From the sequence record PP408249.1: a stretch of DNA of 64,000 bases; one strand, 5' to 3'. The notes beneath the pieces are model-generated. The model made no database searches. It was not told the origin of the DNA and saw nothing but the letters and a program-made list of their open reading frames with translations. Both the position numbers and the translations under genes were made by a program. Below are positions 54,953 to 64,000 of this stretch, piece by piece (within the stretch, counting starts at the first letter, position 1; each line of letters opens with the position of its first letter).

Positions 54953-57172
54953 ATGGATAGCCAAAAGAAACTGAATACCGTACTTACTGAAGCAAAAAAA
55001 CTTGCAGTAAGTCACCAACACGAAGCCATTACTTCAGATCATGTATTGTATGTTTTATTAGGATACGACGAAGTAAAGGACTGTGTTAAAAACTGCAATG
55101 CAGACCCGGATCAATTAACTAAAGCAGTATCTAATTTCCTTGTTACCCAGTTGGGAAAATCCCGACACATAACTGATATGAATATCGATATCAGTCCCTC
55201 TCTTAGTCGCTGGTGCCAGCAATTGGCAACTAAAATTGCATTAGATCCTAACAAAGCAATGACGTATGTCGATATGCTCGATGCACTCATCAAAGACACC
55301 AGTTGCAATGCAAGCCAGCTTCTCGCGCACTACGGTGTTACTACTGCTGTAGTAACTGAAGCGAAGAAATCTGCAGAAGCAGAATCCCTCATAAAGTCGT
55401 TTACTCGCAATCTTAACGACGAAGTATCTGAGGGCAAAATTGATCCGGTTATCGGCCGGGAAACTGAACTAGAAGAAGTTATCGAAGCCCTCGCCCGCCG
55501 GCGAAAAAACAATTGCATTCTTACCGGCAAAGAAGGTGTGGGTAAGACAGCAATTGCTGAAGGGTTGGCGATGAAAATCGTCAACGGCGAGGTGCCCGAA
55601 GCAATTTCTGACAAACAAGTTATTTCACTCGATATCGGCGCGATGATGGCAGGCACTAAATATCGCGGCGAGTTCGAAGAGCGCATGAAAGCGCTGTTAG
55701 ACGAACTAAAAGCAATGAAAAATGCCATCGTCTTCATCGACGAAATACATATGATCATGGGCGCCGGTGCAAGTAATGGTTCGTCAGTAGACGCTGCTAA
55801 CCTGCTCAAGCCAGAATTGGCAAAAGGAACACTTCGTTGCATAGGCGCAACTACTTACGACGAATATAGTACACACTTTGAAAAAGATCGGGCATTAATG
55901 CGCCGGTTCCAAAAAGTGGATGTTCCGCCGCCTAGTGTAGGTGACACCAAAAAAATAGTTGCCGGACTAAAGCAATATTACGAAGAGTTCCATGGCGTCA
56001 AATACGACGTAGGGACTCTAGATCTAGCAGTCGATTTGACTGAACGATACATCAAAACTCGGCACCAGCCCGACAAATCAATCGATGCAATAGACCTGGT
56101 CGGCGCCAGAGCTAAATTAGCAGGGATTTCTACCATTACCGAGCGTATGGTCATAGAAACTGTAGCTAAACTAGCTCATATGCGTCCGGAAATGTTAGAT
56201 AACACCGAAAACGACACTATTGCTCGTCTAGAAGGTAACCTCAAACACGATGTGTTTGGGCAAGACGAAGCTATTAGCAAGCTCTGCGAAGCAGTAATGG
56301 TACACAAAGCAGGACTTCGAGATGCCAATAAGCCGATTGGTAACTTCTTATTAGTAGGTCCTACCGGTACTGGCAAAACGTTCTTGGCAAAAAAACTATC
56401 CCAACATATGGGTATTCCTTTGGTGCGGTTCGATATGTCTGAATACCAAGAACAGCATAGCGTCGCCCGGCTGCTCGGTGCGCCGCCCGGATATGTAGGG
56501 CACGGCGAAGGTGAAGCTGGCGCAGGGCAGTTAATCTCTGAGATTGAAAAAAATCCCAACTGCATCTTGTTGCTAGACGAAATCGAAAAAGCACACCCGA
56601 AGGTATTTAGTACGTTCCTTCAGGTAATGGATGACGCCCGACTAACTTCGTCAACTGGCAAAACTGTATTCTTTGGTAACGTTTTGCTACTAATGACATC
56701 TAACTCCGGCGCTGCTCAAGCTGCTAAAGCATCAATTGGATTTGGAAATAATTTTAACGACGGTGCAATAGATAGCGCAGTTACAAAAGGATTTGCGCCT
56801 GAATTCCGGAACAGGCTCGACGGCATTGTTAAGTTCTCGGCGCTCACTATCAACGAAATGTCTAAGATTGTAGACACTGAGTTTGCTAAAGTACAAGCAA
56901 GTGTACTAGAAAAAGGCGTATCGTTGATCCTTACCCAAGAAGCACGTCAAAAATTAGCAACAGATGGATATGATCCTAAGATGGGCGCCCGTCCGCTCGC
57001 GAGGCTGTTCCAAGAGAAAGTCAAGTTGCCGCTGTCAAAGCTGATGCTACTTGGCGATCTTAAAAATGGCGGTCACGCAGAAGTCAGGGTAGTAGCAGAC
57101 GAAGTTGTAGTTATACAAGCAATTGCCCCTGCTACTAAAGCTAAAAAGAAAATAGACCAAACTGTAGTTTAA
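54953..57172 (+). CDS. clpA: ClpA AAA+ unfoldase
   Basis: Clp N-domain; NBD1 GVGKT, KYRG, IDEIH; NBD2 GPTGTGKT, GYVG, LDEIEK; IGF loop; no ClpB/ClpC middle coiled coil. Confidence 0.92.
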   Translation: MDSQKKLNTVLTEAKKLAVSHQHEAITSDHVLYVLLGYDEVKDCVKNCNADPDQLTKAVSNFLVTQLGKSRHITDMNIDISPSLSRWCQQLATKIALDPNKAMTYVDMLDALIKDTSCNASQLLAHYGVTTAVVTEAKKSAEAESLIKSFTRNLNDEVSEGKIDPVIGRETELEEVIEALARRRKNNCILTGKEGVGKTAIAEGLAMKIVNGEVPEAISDKQVISLDIGAMMAGTKYRGEFEERMKALLDELKAMKNAIVFIDEIHMIMGAGASNGSSVDAANLLKPELAKGTLRCIGATTYDEYSTHFEKDRALMRRFQKVDVPPPSVGDTKKIVAGLKQYYEEFHGVKYDVGTLDLAVDLTERYIKTRHQPDKSIDAIDLVGARAKLAGISTITERMVIETVAKLAHMRPEMLDNTENDTIARLEGNLKHDVFGQDEAISKLCEAVMVHKAGLRDANKPIGNFLLVGPTGTGKTFLAKKLSQHMGIPLVRFDMSEYQEQHSVARLLGAPPGYVGHGEGEAGAGQLISEIEKNPNCILLLDEIEKAHPKVFSTFLQVMDDARLTSSTGKTVFFGNVLLLMTSNSGAAQAAKASIGFGNNFNDGAIDSAVTKGFAPEFRNRLDGIVKFSALTINEMSKIVDTEFAKVQASVLEKGVSLILTQEARQKLATDGYDPKMGARPLARLFQEKVKLPLSKLMLLGDLKNGGHAEVRVVADEVVVIQAIAPATKAKKKIDQTVV

Positions 57173-57182
57173 CACTACTCCT

Positions 57183-57212
57183 AAAAATAGCCCCAAACGG
57201 GGCTATTTTTTT
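57183..57212 (+). terminator. bidirectional intrinsic terminator
   Basis: AAAAATAGCCCC-AAAC-GGGGCTATTTTTTT. Confidence 0.88.
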
Positions 57213-57259
57213 GACAACAATTTTCAGTAACGTACTAATTCAATACAATTACGTACACT

Positions 57260-57267
57260 GATAAATA
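57260..57267 (+). promoter_or_regulatory. late promoter-like GATAAATA for tail genes
   Basis: Intergenic, upstream of GAGG SD of 57290. Confidence 0.55.
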
Positions 57268-57289
57268 CTGCATAATAATAGAGGTCAAA

Positions 57290-57724
57290 ATGAGTATTAG
57301 AAAATCTGTATTAATGCTGCAAGGTGCAAGTTTTGACGGAGAAATGAAAATAGTAGGTGAAAGAGTTAGGGCTGACAACTTTTTCGGTTTTACTGACGGA
57401 ATTCATACAGTATCTATGTCTTATTATAATTTTAAAGGATACTTTATGCTTCAAGGAACTCTATCTATGAATCCAGAAGAGTCGGATTGGTTTAATATAG
57501 ATGTAACTGAACGAAATAGAAGAACCACTGTTTTACGTTTCCCCGAAGATCCGGCGCATCCCACAGGCGAGAAAAATGGCGATACTGGTACAAAGGCATT
57601 TACTTTTATAGGTAATTTTACTTATCTAAGAGCAGTTGTATCGTGGGAAGGATATATACCGCCGCCTGTGCTTGTAACAAACGAAGATATGGGTAGTGTA
57701 GATAAAGTGCTGTTAGCAATGTAG
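57290..57724 (+). CDS. probable virion protein, homologous to C-domain of 6315..7184
   Basis: GIHTVSMSYYNFKGYFMLQGTL...SDWFNI versus GVHTIAIYAENFTGKFEVYGTL...SSWFPI. Confidence 0.65.
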   Translation: MSIRKSVLMLQGASFDGEMKIVGERVRADNFFGFTDGIHTVSMSYYNFKGYFMLQGTLSMNPEESDWFNIDVTERNRRTTVLRFPEDPAHPTGEKNGDTGTKAFTFIGNFTYLRAVVSWEGYIPPPVLVTNEDMGSVDKVLLAM

Positions 57725-57737
57725 GGTTAAAAAGAAT

Positions 57738-60700
57738 ATGAGTATACAATCAGGTCCTTCTGTATTAAATCAATTTGTTCCAGATTTTCTAATAGATAGT
57801 ACACCAACTAATGGTCAATTTTTAGTTTATGACGATACTGTCCAGGCATTTGTAAATAGCACAAATCCCAGAATCGTATTAGATTCGTCTAATATATTAG
57901 ACGGTTCTATAACAATTGATAAACTTGCAATATCTGGTAATAAAGTGCCTGGATACGTACTAACTATAACTTCCGCGGGCGGAATGGCATTTTTACCAGT
58001 ACCTGGCAGCGGTGGCCAATTACCTAGTCTAGATGAATTACTAGACACAAATATAGTATCTCCTACTGTAACCCAATATCTTAAATGGGACGGTTCTGCA
58101 TGGGTTAATAGTAATATAACGTTAAATGATGTATCAGATGTCTCTGTTATCTCCCCTACAGCCAACGATGTATTAGCATGGGAATCAGGTTCTTGGACAA
58201 ATAAGAAAATAGATTATACATCACTAACAAACAAACCAGATTTGAGTGATGTAGTTAGATCTAGCGAATTGTCATCGGTTGCATTCAGTGGTGATTATAA
58301 TGATTTAGTAAATATTCCCGGTGCAACTTCTAATACTATAGTTGGATTAACAGATGTTAATGATACTGCACTACCCAACGGATTCTTGCGCTGGAACACA
58401 AGTGGTGATGAGGTAGAATTTATTACTTCAATTTCTGCTACTGTAATAACCGGGTTAGCTCCGGTTGCTACTAGTGGAAATTATAATGACTTACTAGGAA
58501 AACCTAATTTGTCAGTGTATCCGCTTAGAACTGAATTTTCTACTGTTGCAACCACTGGTAATTATTCTGATTTGAACAATGTGCCTTTGACATTTGCACC
58601 AAGTGCGCATACTCACCCGGCTGCACAAATCACAGGATTAGCATCTGTAGCTACTAGCAACGATTATAACGATTTAGTTAATAAACCGACTGCGATGGCG
58701 CCAACAGCACATACGCATGCTATATCTGATATTATAGGATTGCAAAATTCGCTAGATAGTAAGTTGACTGTTAATTTAACTACTAGACTTCCAAAAGATG
58801 TTATTTATTTTAACGGCACTTCATGGGTAAACAAGCAATTATCTTATACTGATATTTCCGGTACTCCTAACTTAGATAACTATGTTACTGATTCAGAATT
58901 ATCTACTGTTGCTACAACTGGCAGATATTCTGATTTAATAAATAAACCCGAGTTAGTAGAAAATTTAAACGACTTATTAGATGTAGATGTTTCTTCTAAA
59001 CAAACAGGAAACGTATTAACCTGGAACGGAACAGCATGGGTTGCTAGTGCAATAACACAAGCAAGCATAGATTGGGCTAATATAAGCAATAAACCAAGCG
59101 TTTTTAGCCCCGCTGCGCATACACACGACGTAGTAGACGTACTAGGCCTGCAAAGTTTACTAGACAGCAAACTTGACGCAAATATTGCATTCGACGGCGA
59201 TTATAATAGTTTAACAAATAAGCCGGGGTTAATAGATCTTCAAGATACATTTAGTCCTGCTGTACCTAATGGATTCTTACGGTGGAATAATTTAGGTACC
59301 TTAGTTGCATATCAAGATTATATATATCCGCAAGATATTTCGGGATTGTCAGATGTTGCTATATCAGGTCAGTATTCGGATTTATTGGGTGCCCCTTCCT
59401 TATCAACTGTTGCTATAACCGGGAGTTATAGCGACTTAATTGATGCGCCGCCTGCGTTTGACGGCGATTATGATAGTTTAACAAATAAACCGTTTATTCC
59501 TACTAATTTTGATTTTAAATTTATAGGTTTAAATGATGTAAGTCCTACTGTTCAGCCCGGTGGCTATTTAAAATGGAACTTAGACGGTTCATTTGTTGTA
59601 TCGTCAGCAAACATTCCTGCAACAGATGTAGCAGGATTGTCTGTTGTGTCTACAACCGGACAATATTCAGATTTATTAGGCAAACCGTTATTAGCTACAG
59701 TTTCTTCGTCAGGTAGTTATACTGATTTAATAAATATTCCTACTGAATTTAATCCAGCCGAACATACCCACAATATAGCAGACGTATCCGGATTACAGGC
59801 ATCCCTGGACAATAAATTAAATACCTCTGATGCATTTAGTGGTGATTATAATGATTTAACTAACGCACCTACTAATAGTTCATATTCATTGGTGGGATTA
59901 TCAGATACTAATTCTGTACCTGTTGCAAACGGATTCTTACGCTGGAATGCATCCGGAAGTAGTGTTGAATATATTCAAACAATTCCTGTAAATGCAATAA
60001 CCGGATTGGCTCCTGTCGCATCATCTGGCCAGTATGCAGATTTGCAAGGAACACCGGATTTATCTGACTATGTTTTATCTGTATCATTAGCCGACATAGC
60101 TACAACTGGAGAATATTCAGATTTAATAAATGCACCCGATTTAAGTGTGTATGCTAATAAAACTGATCTGTCAGATGTAGCTACAACAGGACAGTATTCG
60201 GATTTATTGGGTATTCCTACACAATTTACACCGACAGTTCATGTCCATAACGTTTCTCAAATAAGTGGATTAGCTACTGTTGCTACTAGCGGAAGTTATA
60301 ATGATTTATCTAATAAACCGTCGTTTGCTAATGTTGCAACAACAGGCAGCTATGATGATCTAAACAATAAACCATCCATACCTACTAATGGCAGTTTTAG
60401 TTTACTTGGGTTAAATGATACAAATAATACGCCAGTTGCAGATGGTATATTGCGTTGGAATTCCAGTGCAAATCAGGTAATATATGCAAATACAATCGAT
60501 GCACAATCTGTTTCTGGATTAGCTACTGTTGCGACTATAGGTAAACTATCTTCACTAAGTGATGTAGATTTAATAGGTTTGAACCAGAATGAAATATTGC
60601 AATGGAACGGTTCTGCATGGGTACCTGTACCTTATAATCCTAATCAAATACAAGCTTACATAGAGAGCGGAAATACAAAAGTTTCTACTAACGATATTTT

Positions 60701-63700
60701 AGATAGCATTGTTCTAACAGCAGGACCTACTACTGGAAATATAATATTCGAGTTAGGAAACACAAATAGCTCAATTATTCTAAATCCAGTTACTAATAAC
60801 GTAGATGCTCTTATTTCTTCTACTTCTAGAATAAAATTAGATTCATCCACTGGCATATCATTAGGTAATATAAGTTATCCAATGACCGACGGTACAGTTG
60901 GGCAAGCAATAGTTACAAATGGAGCTGGCCAACTATCGTTTGAAACAGTAGTTAAACCCTCTCAATTGGCCACAGTTGCTACTAGTGGAAATTATAATGA
61001 CTTAACTAATAAACCTACATTAGTAACCGAACTAAACGGACTTGCTGACGTTCGTATGCGTGATACTAATGGAAATTATTTAGCACAACCGGAGGATGTG
61101 TTAACATATTCTAACGGAATATGGCAAGCACGACCGAATACAAGTTCTTCTTTTATAGGTTTAAGCGATACCCAAAATATAACATTGCCGGAAGATAGGG
61201 CTAACGCATACTTACGTTGGGATACTACTGGAAATCTAATTATATACGAAGATAGTATTTCTGCAAGCGTAATTGCCGGATTAGCAGAAGTAGCAACCAC
61301 AGGAGATTTGCACGATTTAATAAATGTAAATGTAAATTTACCTGATATGAACAATCCAGCTACACAAGCTGTTTGGGGTTTAATATGGGATCGTCAAAAT
61401 CAACGTTGGATAAATTACAATTTACGTAATATAGCAGGTTCAGGCGGATCTACGGTAGTAGCATTAAATGACTTAACTGATGTTACTCTTACTTTCCCTG
61501 TAGTTGACGGTAATGTTCTTAGAGCAACTGTGCAACCAGACAATAGTATTGTTTGGCAGAACAAACAACTATCTTATAGTGACTTAACTGGAACTATAAG
61601 TATGAGTCTGTTGCAATTAACTGATACTAGTTCATCTGCTGTACCTAATGGATTCTTGCGGTGGGACTCGTCGGGTAGCACAGTTCAGTATATTACTACA
61701 ATAAGTACAAATGATATAACTGGGTTAGCTCCGGTTGCTACTAGTGGAAATTATAATGACTTATCTAATACACCTGCTATACCGGCATCAATTAATGATT
61801 TAGCAGATGTTAATACTGTTAATCCTGTTCCTACAAACGGATATGTATTAACATGGGATAGTAGTTCGAATAATTGGATTGCAAAAGAACCTGCAACTAA
61901 CCCATCTGGTAGTACAGCCCTAGCTGATCTAACAGATGTATCTCTATCTGATCTAGCTGCTAGTGATGTTTTAAAATACAACGGCACTACATGGGTAAAC
62001 GAACCAGTTACGTATTCTGAATTAACAGATTTACCTACATTTGCGTTAGTTGCATTCAGTGGTGATTATAATGATTTAACTAATAAGCCATCAGGATCTA
62101 CTACATCTATACTAGATCTAACTGACACTGCAGATACTGCACTACCCAACGGATTCTTGCGCTGGAACACAAGTGGTGATGAGGTTTTATATCAATCATC
62201 TATTGATGTTTCTGATATAATAGGATTATCTAGTGTAGCTATAAGTGGTGATTATAACGATTTATCCAACAAACCGGAAAATAATTCGTATTATTTTAGA
62301 AAGTTAGCTGATGCAGGAAATCCGCAGCCTAATACATTTATAAAATATCCTGCGTTTACTATTCCGCCCGGTAGTGATATAGACGATGTTAATCCTATAC
62401 TCGAATATGTAAGTAGCATAAATGCACTAACTGACATAGATAACCTAGCTCCGGTCGCTACTAACGGAATACTAGGAAGTTTAGTAGACGTAAATCTAAA
62501 TTCAGTAGAAGATGGACAAGTTCTTACTTATGATGCTGTAACAAATAGCTGGATAAACAAAAATAGTTCAGGATCGCCGGTAGTAACTTCGTGGACAAAG
62601 ATAAATGGCAACTATACTGTAACTGGCTCAGAATATTTATTGGTAGATACAACTTCTGCTAGTGTAACAATTACTCTGCCTGTTGCCCCTACCGAAAATA
62701 TGGTAATTCGTATTGCTGATTGGAAAGGTACATTTAGAACAAATAGTTGTGTAGTGAATACTAATGGCATGCCTTTAATGGGTGCCAGCATGGATAACAC
62801 ACTAACTATTCAGAACCAAAATGCAAGTATAGAGTTAACATTTGTAGACACAACGTACGGTTGGAAAATAACAGATGGTATAGGTGAGATATCTAAACAA
62901 AACATTCCAGTTACGAATTGGCGTACTGTGGATTCATCTAGCACACCTGCTATGCTAATAGCTCAACCGGGCGAAGCAATTTATGTTAATACCAACAATG
63001 GTGCAGTAACTGTTAAATTACCGACAGGAGCAAGTGTTAACGCTGTTGTCAGAATAGCTGACTTGTTAGGTACTTACGATAAAGCAAGTTGCTTTGTAGA
63101 TGGCAACGGCAACCCAATAATGGGTAAAAACGAAATATTAGAAATTGCAAACGAAAATGCTTCTATAGAATTTACATACGTCGATTCGGTAGTCGGGTGG
63201 AAAGTAACAGACGGCATAGGTGAGTTAGGTAGAAAAACTGATATTGCATCTGATTCGGATATAATAGTTTATGTAGCTACAGATGGTAACGACACTACAG
63301 GAAGTGGAACCGAAGAATCTCCATTTGCTACATTAAATGCTGCTTTCCTTAGTCTAGATGGCAAATTTGTAAATAGTTCTGCAGAAATTATAGTTCGTGT
63401 TGCAGAAGGTGTCTACGAACCTACTAATCCTGTTGCGTTTAGTCACATTCAGGGAATGAATGTAAAACTCATAGGCGAATTGCCCCAAGCAAGTAGTTCA
63501 TTTACTGTTACTAATATAACCAATAATGCAGGATTGGCAACGGTAACAATGCAACTTTCTTCTGTCAGTGACTACGATGTAGGGGACATTATAAAGATTA
63601 CGTCGGCAGCAACTATGTTAGAATGTGTTGAAATTATAACAGCAATAAACACAGGGTCTAATACTTTAGAGATAGTAATTCCTAATAGTGTATTAGCCGA

Positions 63701-64000
63701 TGTATCTGACTATACTGGGTACACCGGAACTATATCTAAATTCACTACAGTATTTAAAAATACAAACATGTATGTAGCTGGCGGATATTCGTTAGGTTTC
63801 ATAGATAACATAGCGTTAGTAGACGATACTGGTTTAGGAACTGCACTTACTGTAGGAAGAACATATACCACAGGTATATATGATGGACCTTCGTATGTTG
63901 GTTTAGGTGCAAACTTTGCAGTATATGGATACGAAACTGCAATACAATCTATACCGGGTTCTAGTGTAGTATTGGCAGGAAATCTATGCAGGCAAGCAGG
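57738..64000 (+). CDS. giant repetitive tail fibre, 3'-partial (at least 2087 codons; absent from ORF track)
   Basis: ATG 57738; frame checked open at several points and at the window end; repeats VATSGxYNDL, GFLRWN, HxH, LxDLxDV; two gp34-like VDT..VTITLP repeats; VYVATDGND..G.GTEESPFATL beta-helix opener. Confidence 0.88.
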   Translation, partial: MSIQSGPSVLNQFVPDFLIDSTPTNGQFLVYDDTVQAFVNSTNPRIVLDSSNILDGSITIDKLAISGNKVPGYVLTITSAGGMAFLPVPGSGGQLPSLDELLDTNIVSPTVTQYLKWDGSAWVNSNITLNDVSDVSVISPTANDVLAWESGSWTNKKIDYTSLTNKPDLSDVVRSSELSSVAFSGDYNDLVNIPGATSNTIVGLTDVNDTALPNGFLRWNTSGDEVEFITSISATVITGLAPVATSGNYNDLLGKPNLSVYPLRTEFSTVATTGNYSDLNNVPLTFAPSAHTHPAAQITGLASVATSNDYNDLVNKPTAMAPTAHTHAISDIIGLQNSLDSKLTVNLTTRLPKDVIYFNGTSWVNKQLSYTDISGTPNLDNYVTDSELSTVATTGRYSDLINKPELVENLNDLLDVDVSSKQTGNVLTWNGTAWVASAITQASIDWANISNKPSVFSPAAHTHDVVDVLGLQSLLDSKLDANIAFDGDYNSLTNKPGLIDLQDTFSPAVPNGFLRWNNLGTLVAYQDYIYPQDISGLSDVAISGQYSDLLGAPSLSTVAITGSYSDLIDAPPAFDGDYDSLTNKPFIPTNFDFKFIGLNDVSPTVQPGGYLKWNLDGSFVVSSANIPATDVAGLSVVSTTGQYSDLLGKPLLATVSSSGSYTDLINIPTEFNPAEHTHNIADVSGLQASLDNKLNTSDAFSGDYNDLTNAPTNSSYSLVGLSDTNSVPVANGFLRWNASGSSVEYIQTIPVNAITGLAPVASSGQYADLQGTPDLSDYVLSVSLADIATTGEYSDLINAPDLSVYANKTDLSDVATTGQYSDLLGIPTQFTPTVHVHNVSQISGLATVATSGSYNDLSNKPSFANVATTGSYDDLNNKPSIPTNGSFSLLGLNDTNNTPVADGILRWNSSANQVIYANTIDAQSVSGLATVATIGKLSSLSDVDLIGLNQNEILQWNGSAWVPVPYNPNQIQAYIESGNTKVSTNDILDSIVLTAGPTTGNIIFELGNTNSSIILNPVTNNVDALISSTSRIKLDSSTGISLGNISYPMTDGTVGQAIVTNGAGQLSFETVVKPSQLATVATSGNYNDLTNKPTLVTELNGLADVRMRDTNGNYLAQPEDVLTYSNGIWQARPNTSSSFIGLSDTQNITLPEDRANAYLRWDTTGNLIIYEDSISASVIAGLAEVATTGDLHDLINVNVNLPDMNNPATQAVWGLIWDRQNQRWINYNLRNIAGSGGSTVVALNDLTDVTLTFPVVDGNVLRATVQPDNSIVWQNKQLSYSDLTGTISMSLLQLTDTSSSAVPNGFLRWDSSGSTVQYITTISTNDITGLAPVATSGNYNDLSNTPAIPASINDLADVNTVNPVPTNGYVLTWDSSSNNWIAKEPATNPSGSTALADLTDVSLSDLAASDVLKYNGTTWVNEPVTYSELTDLPTFALVAFSGDYNDLTNKPSGSTTSILDLTDTADTALPNGFLRWNTSGDEVLYQSSIDVSDIIGLSSVAISGDYNDLSNKPENNSYYFRKLADAGNPQPNTFIKYPAFTIPPGSDIDDVNPILEYVSSINALTDIDNLAPVATNGILGSLVDVNLNSVEDGQVLTYDAVTNSWINKNSSGSPVVTSWTKINGNYTVTGSEYLLVDTTSASVTITLPVAPTENMVIRIADWKGTFRTNSCVVNTNGMPLMGASMDNTLTIQNQNASIELTFVDTTYGWKITDGIGEISKQNIPVTNWRTVDSSSTPAMLIAQPGEAIYVNTNNGAVTVKLPTGASVNAVVRIADLLGTYDKASCFVDGNGNPIMGKNEILEIANENASIEFTYVDSVVGWKVTDGIGELGRKTDIASDSDIIVYVATDGNDTTGSGTEESPFATLNAAFLSLDGKFVNSSAEIIVRVAEGVYEPTNPVAFSHIQGMNVKLIGELPQASSSFTVTNITNNAGLATVTMQLSSVSDYDVGDIIKITSAATMLECVEIITAINTGSNTLEIVIPNSVLADVSDYTGYTGTISKFTTVFKNTNMYVAGGYSLGFIDNIALVDDTGLGTALTVGRTYTTGIYDGPSYVGLGANFAVYGYETAIQSIPGSSVVLAGNLCRQA
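58362..58414 (+). repeat. 53-nt exact direct repeat, copy 1 (copy 2 at 62133..62185)
   Basis: GATACTGCACTACCCAACGGATTCTTGCGCTGGAACACAAGTGGTGATGAGGT at both sites. Confidence 0.85.
58452..58493 (+). repeat. 42-nt exact direct repeat, copy 1 (copy 2 at 61722..61763)
   Basis: GGGTTAGCTCCGGTTGCTACTAGTGGAAATTATAATGACTTA at both sites; partial third copy near 60975. Confidence 0.85.

Noticed and set aside
54953-57172. ClpB/ClpC assignment
   Set aside because: No middle coiled-coil, 739 aa length, IGF loop present, and ClpS in the same window favour ClpA
57211-57240. TTGACA after the clpA terminator as a promoter
   Set aside because: No acceptable -10 at 16-18 nt spacing
460-62800. Most minus-strand and alternative-frame ORFs in the track (e.g. 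7207..7656, 35789..36223, 39336..39761, 55330..55842, 57827..62800 set)
   Set aside because: They lie antisense to or within clearly recognisable genes, lack SD/promoters and read as shadow ORFs
1-64000. Stop-codon reassignment (as in some jumbo phages)
   Set aside because: Conserved proteins are full length in code 11, and TAG/TGA end genes at sensible positions (e.g. 8242, 13194, 35464, 57724)
1-64000. tRNA, rRNA, CRISPR array
   Set aside because: No cloverleaf or T-loop GTTCRA context in intergenic DNA and no regularly spaced repeats seen; intergenic gaps are short. tRNAscan-SE was not run

Overview
AT-rich (roughly one-third GC by eye), densely coding, almost entirely + strand 64 kb segment of a large T4-superfamily (jumbo-type) myophage genome in the standard genetic code. 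The host is probably a proteobacterium (inferred from ClpA/ClpS, E. coli-type class Ia RNR and sigma70-consensus promoters). The window holds five groups of genes. (1) Replication/recombination: UvsY, UvsW, gp62- and gp44-like clamp loader subunits, primase, gp41/DnaB helicase, DNA ligase, two exonucleases, and a DnaE-like polymerase core split into two small genes 43 kb apart. (2) A block of probable late/virion genes. (3) Nucleotide and pterin/deazapurine metabolism: nrdAB, thyA, dCMP deaminase, MazG-like, HAD, folE and two or three QueD-like genes. (4) An unusually complete protein quality-control set: ClpP, ClpX, ClpA, ClpS, FtsH with an adjacent YccA-like protein, Hsp20, a J-protein and GroES, plus ribosomal protein bS21, SOD, PhoH and a PAAR-M15 peptidase fusion. 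(5) From 57738 to the edge, a >2000-codon repetitive tail-fibre gene missing from the ORF track. Two promoter classes (sigma70-like and T4-late-like NNTAAATA) and many palindromic terminators are visible. I saw no tRNA, rRNA, CRISPR array or intein. All product calls come from motif recognition, not database searches.
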